In this document: positions 63,743 through 64,000 of the stretch, piece by piece | How the letters are laid out: every line of letters begins with the position of its first letter | How positions within the stretch are numbered: position 1 is the first letter of the stretch | DNA from: Clostridiaceae bacterium | GTDB lineage: Bacteria > Bacillota > Clostridia > Christensenellales > CAG-917 | DNA: 64,000 nt | Assembly (NCBI GenBank): GCA_031289315.1 | Contig: JAITPR010000016.1 | Location: forward strand, 72,751 to 136,750 | Reading direction: 5' to 3' | The notes under the pieces: model-generated | Told to the model about the DNA's origin: nothing | The model's database searches: none | What the model saw: the letters and a program-made list of their open reading frames with translations, nothing else | Program-made: the position numbers and the translations under genes

Positions 63743-63913
63743 GTTTTCGCTTAGGCGTATACGCGTAAAAATGAGGTACGTGCATAGGTGCGGGAGTCGG
63801 CGCCGATTACGGTTTTCGCTTAGACGTGTACGCGTAAAAATGAGTCGAATATCTCTTAATTTTGCCGCCGTGCTTGTCCGGTTTTCGCTTAGGCGCACAC
63901 GTGCAAGATAAGC
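63743..63913 (+). repeat. Three ~33-bp direct repeats at an exact 69-bp period separated by unrelated 36-bp spacers (CRISPR-like geometry; third repeat degenerate)
   Basis: GTTTTCGCTTAGGCGTATACGCGTAAAAATGAG at 63743; GTTTTCGCTTAGACGTGTACGCGTAAAAATGAG at 63812; GTTTTCGCTTAGGCGCACACGTGCAAGATAAGC at 63881. Confidence 0.8.
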
Positions 63914-63972
63914 CTATTTACCATATAAAAAAAGCGGATTTAGAAAATCCGTCTTAATAAGGAGGGGACAAA

Positions 63973-64000
63973 ATGTTTGTTCCATTTGTAGTACTGGTAG
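63973..64000 (+). CDS. Start of an unidentified CDS (MFVPFVVLV...), truncated by the window end
   Basis: AAGGAGGGG SD 5 nt upstream of the ATG. Only 9 codons are visible. Confidence 0.35.

Noticed and set aside
63662-63911. ORFs of 78 aa (minus) and 68 aa (plus) with repeated RFSLRR/RLSEN motifs
   Set aside because: The periodic peptide motifs merely translate the three 33-bp DNA repeats. There is no SD, and both strands give ORFs equally.

Overview
The window looks like a chromosomal segment from a Bacillota (Clostridia-like) bacterium of about 50% GC. That assignment is inferred from gene order and protein sequences only. No database search was possible.

Gene content, in order:
- 1-3435: the 3' part of an RND efflux pump, plus NUDIX, cupin and DUF378 genes.
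- 3900-20309: a complete S10-spc-alpha ribosomal protein supercluster, rpsJ through rplQ. It includes secY, adk, map, a KOW-domain gene, infA, rpmJ and rpoA.
- 20310-24623: a low-GC accessory islet with a BspA-like LRR protein, an AAA+/DUF4143 ATPase and a deleted paralogous ATPase locus.
- 24624-28005: asd-dapA-dapB on the minus strand, with dapB fused to ACT domains.
- 28300-38769: a small low-GC islet (28300-28910: zinc-ribbon protein plus XRE regulator), then housekeeping genes hslO, a TPR protein, an HD hydrolase, a methyltransferase, rplI and a ROK glucokinase.
- 39835-44199: the conserved radical-SAM / DUF2344 / RNase G trio.
- 44531-52383: a TetR / GPH transporter / GH3 / alpha-beta hydrolase / cupin-HTH / acyl-CoA synthetase block.
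- 52659-61715: an aromatic amino acid supraoperon, aroF-tyrA-aroB-aroA-aroC-pheA-aroE/aroK.
- No rRNA or tRNA gene was found.

The most unusual content is non-coding:
1. A dispersed 55-70 bp imperfect-palindrome repeat (GTGGACA...TGTCCAC), with at least 10 copies plus half copies. Its end usually lies 17-23 nt upstream of a start codon.
2. A modular multi-hairpin, terminator-containing mosaic repeat that flanks single genes as direct repeats.
3. A Phe/Tyr-rich 18-codon leader ORF with a terminator/antiterminator in front of the aro operon.
4. Iteron-like 20-bp repeats at an exact 40-bp period upstream of the ATPase promoter. The same layout is conserved in a gene-less relic copy.
5. Three 33-bp repeats at an exact 69-bp period with unrelated spacers (CRISPR-like geometry) at the window end.
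6. Recurrent short tandem duplications at gene 3' ends and inside CDSs.

All calls rest on reading the sequence and the supplied ORF translations.
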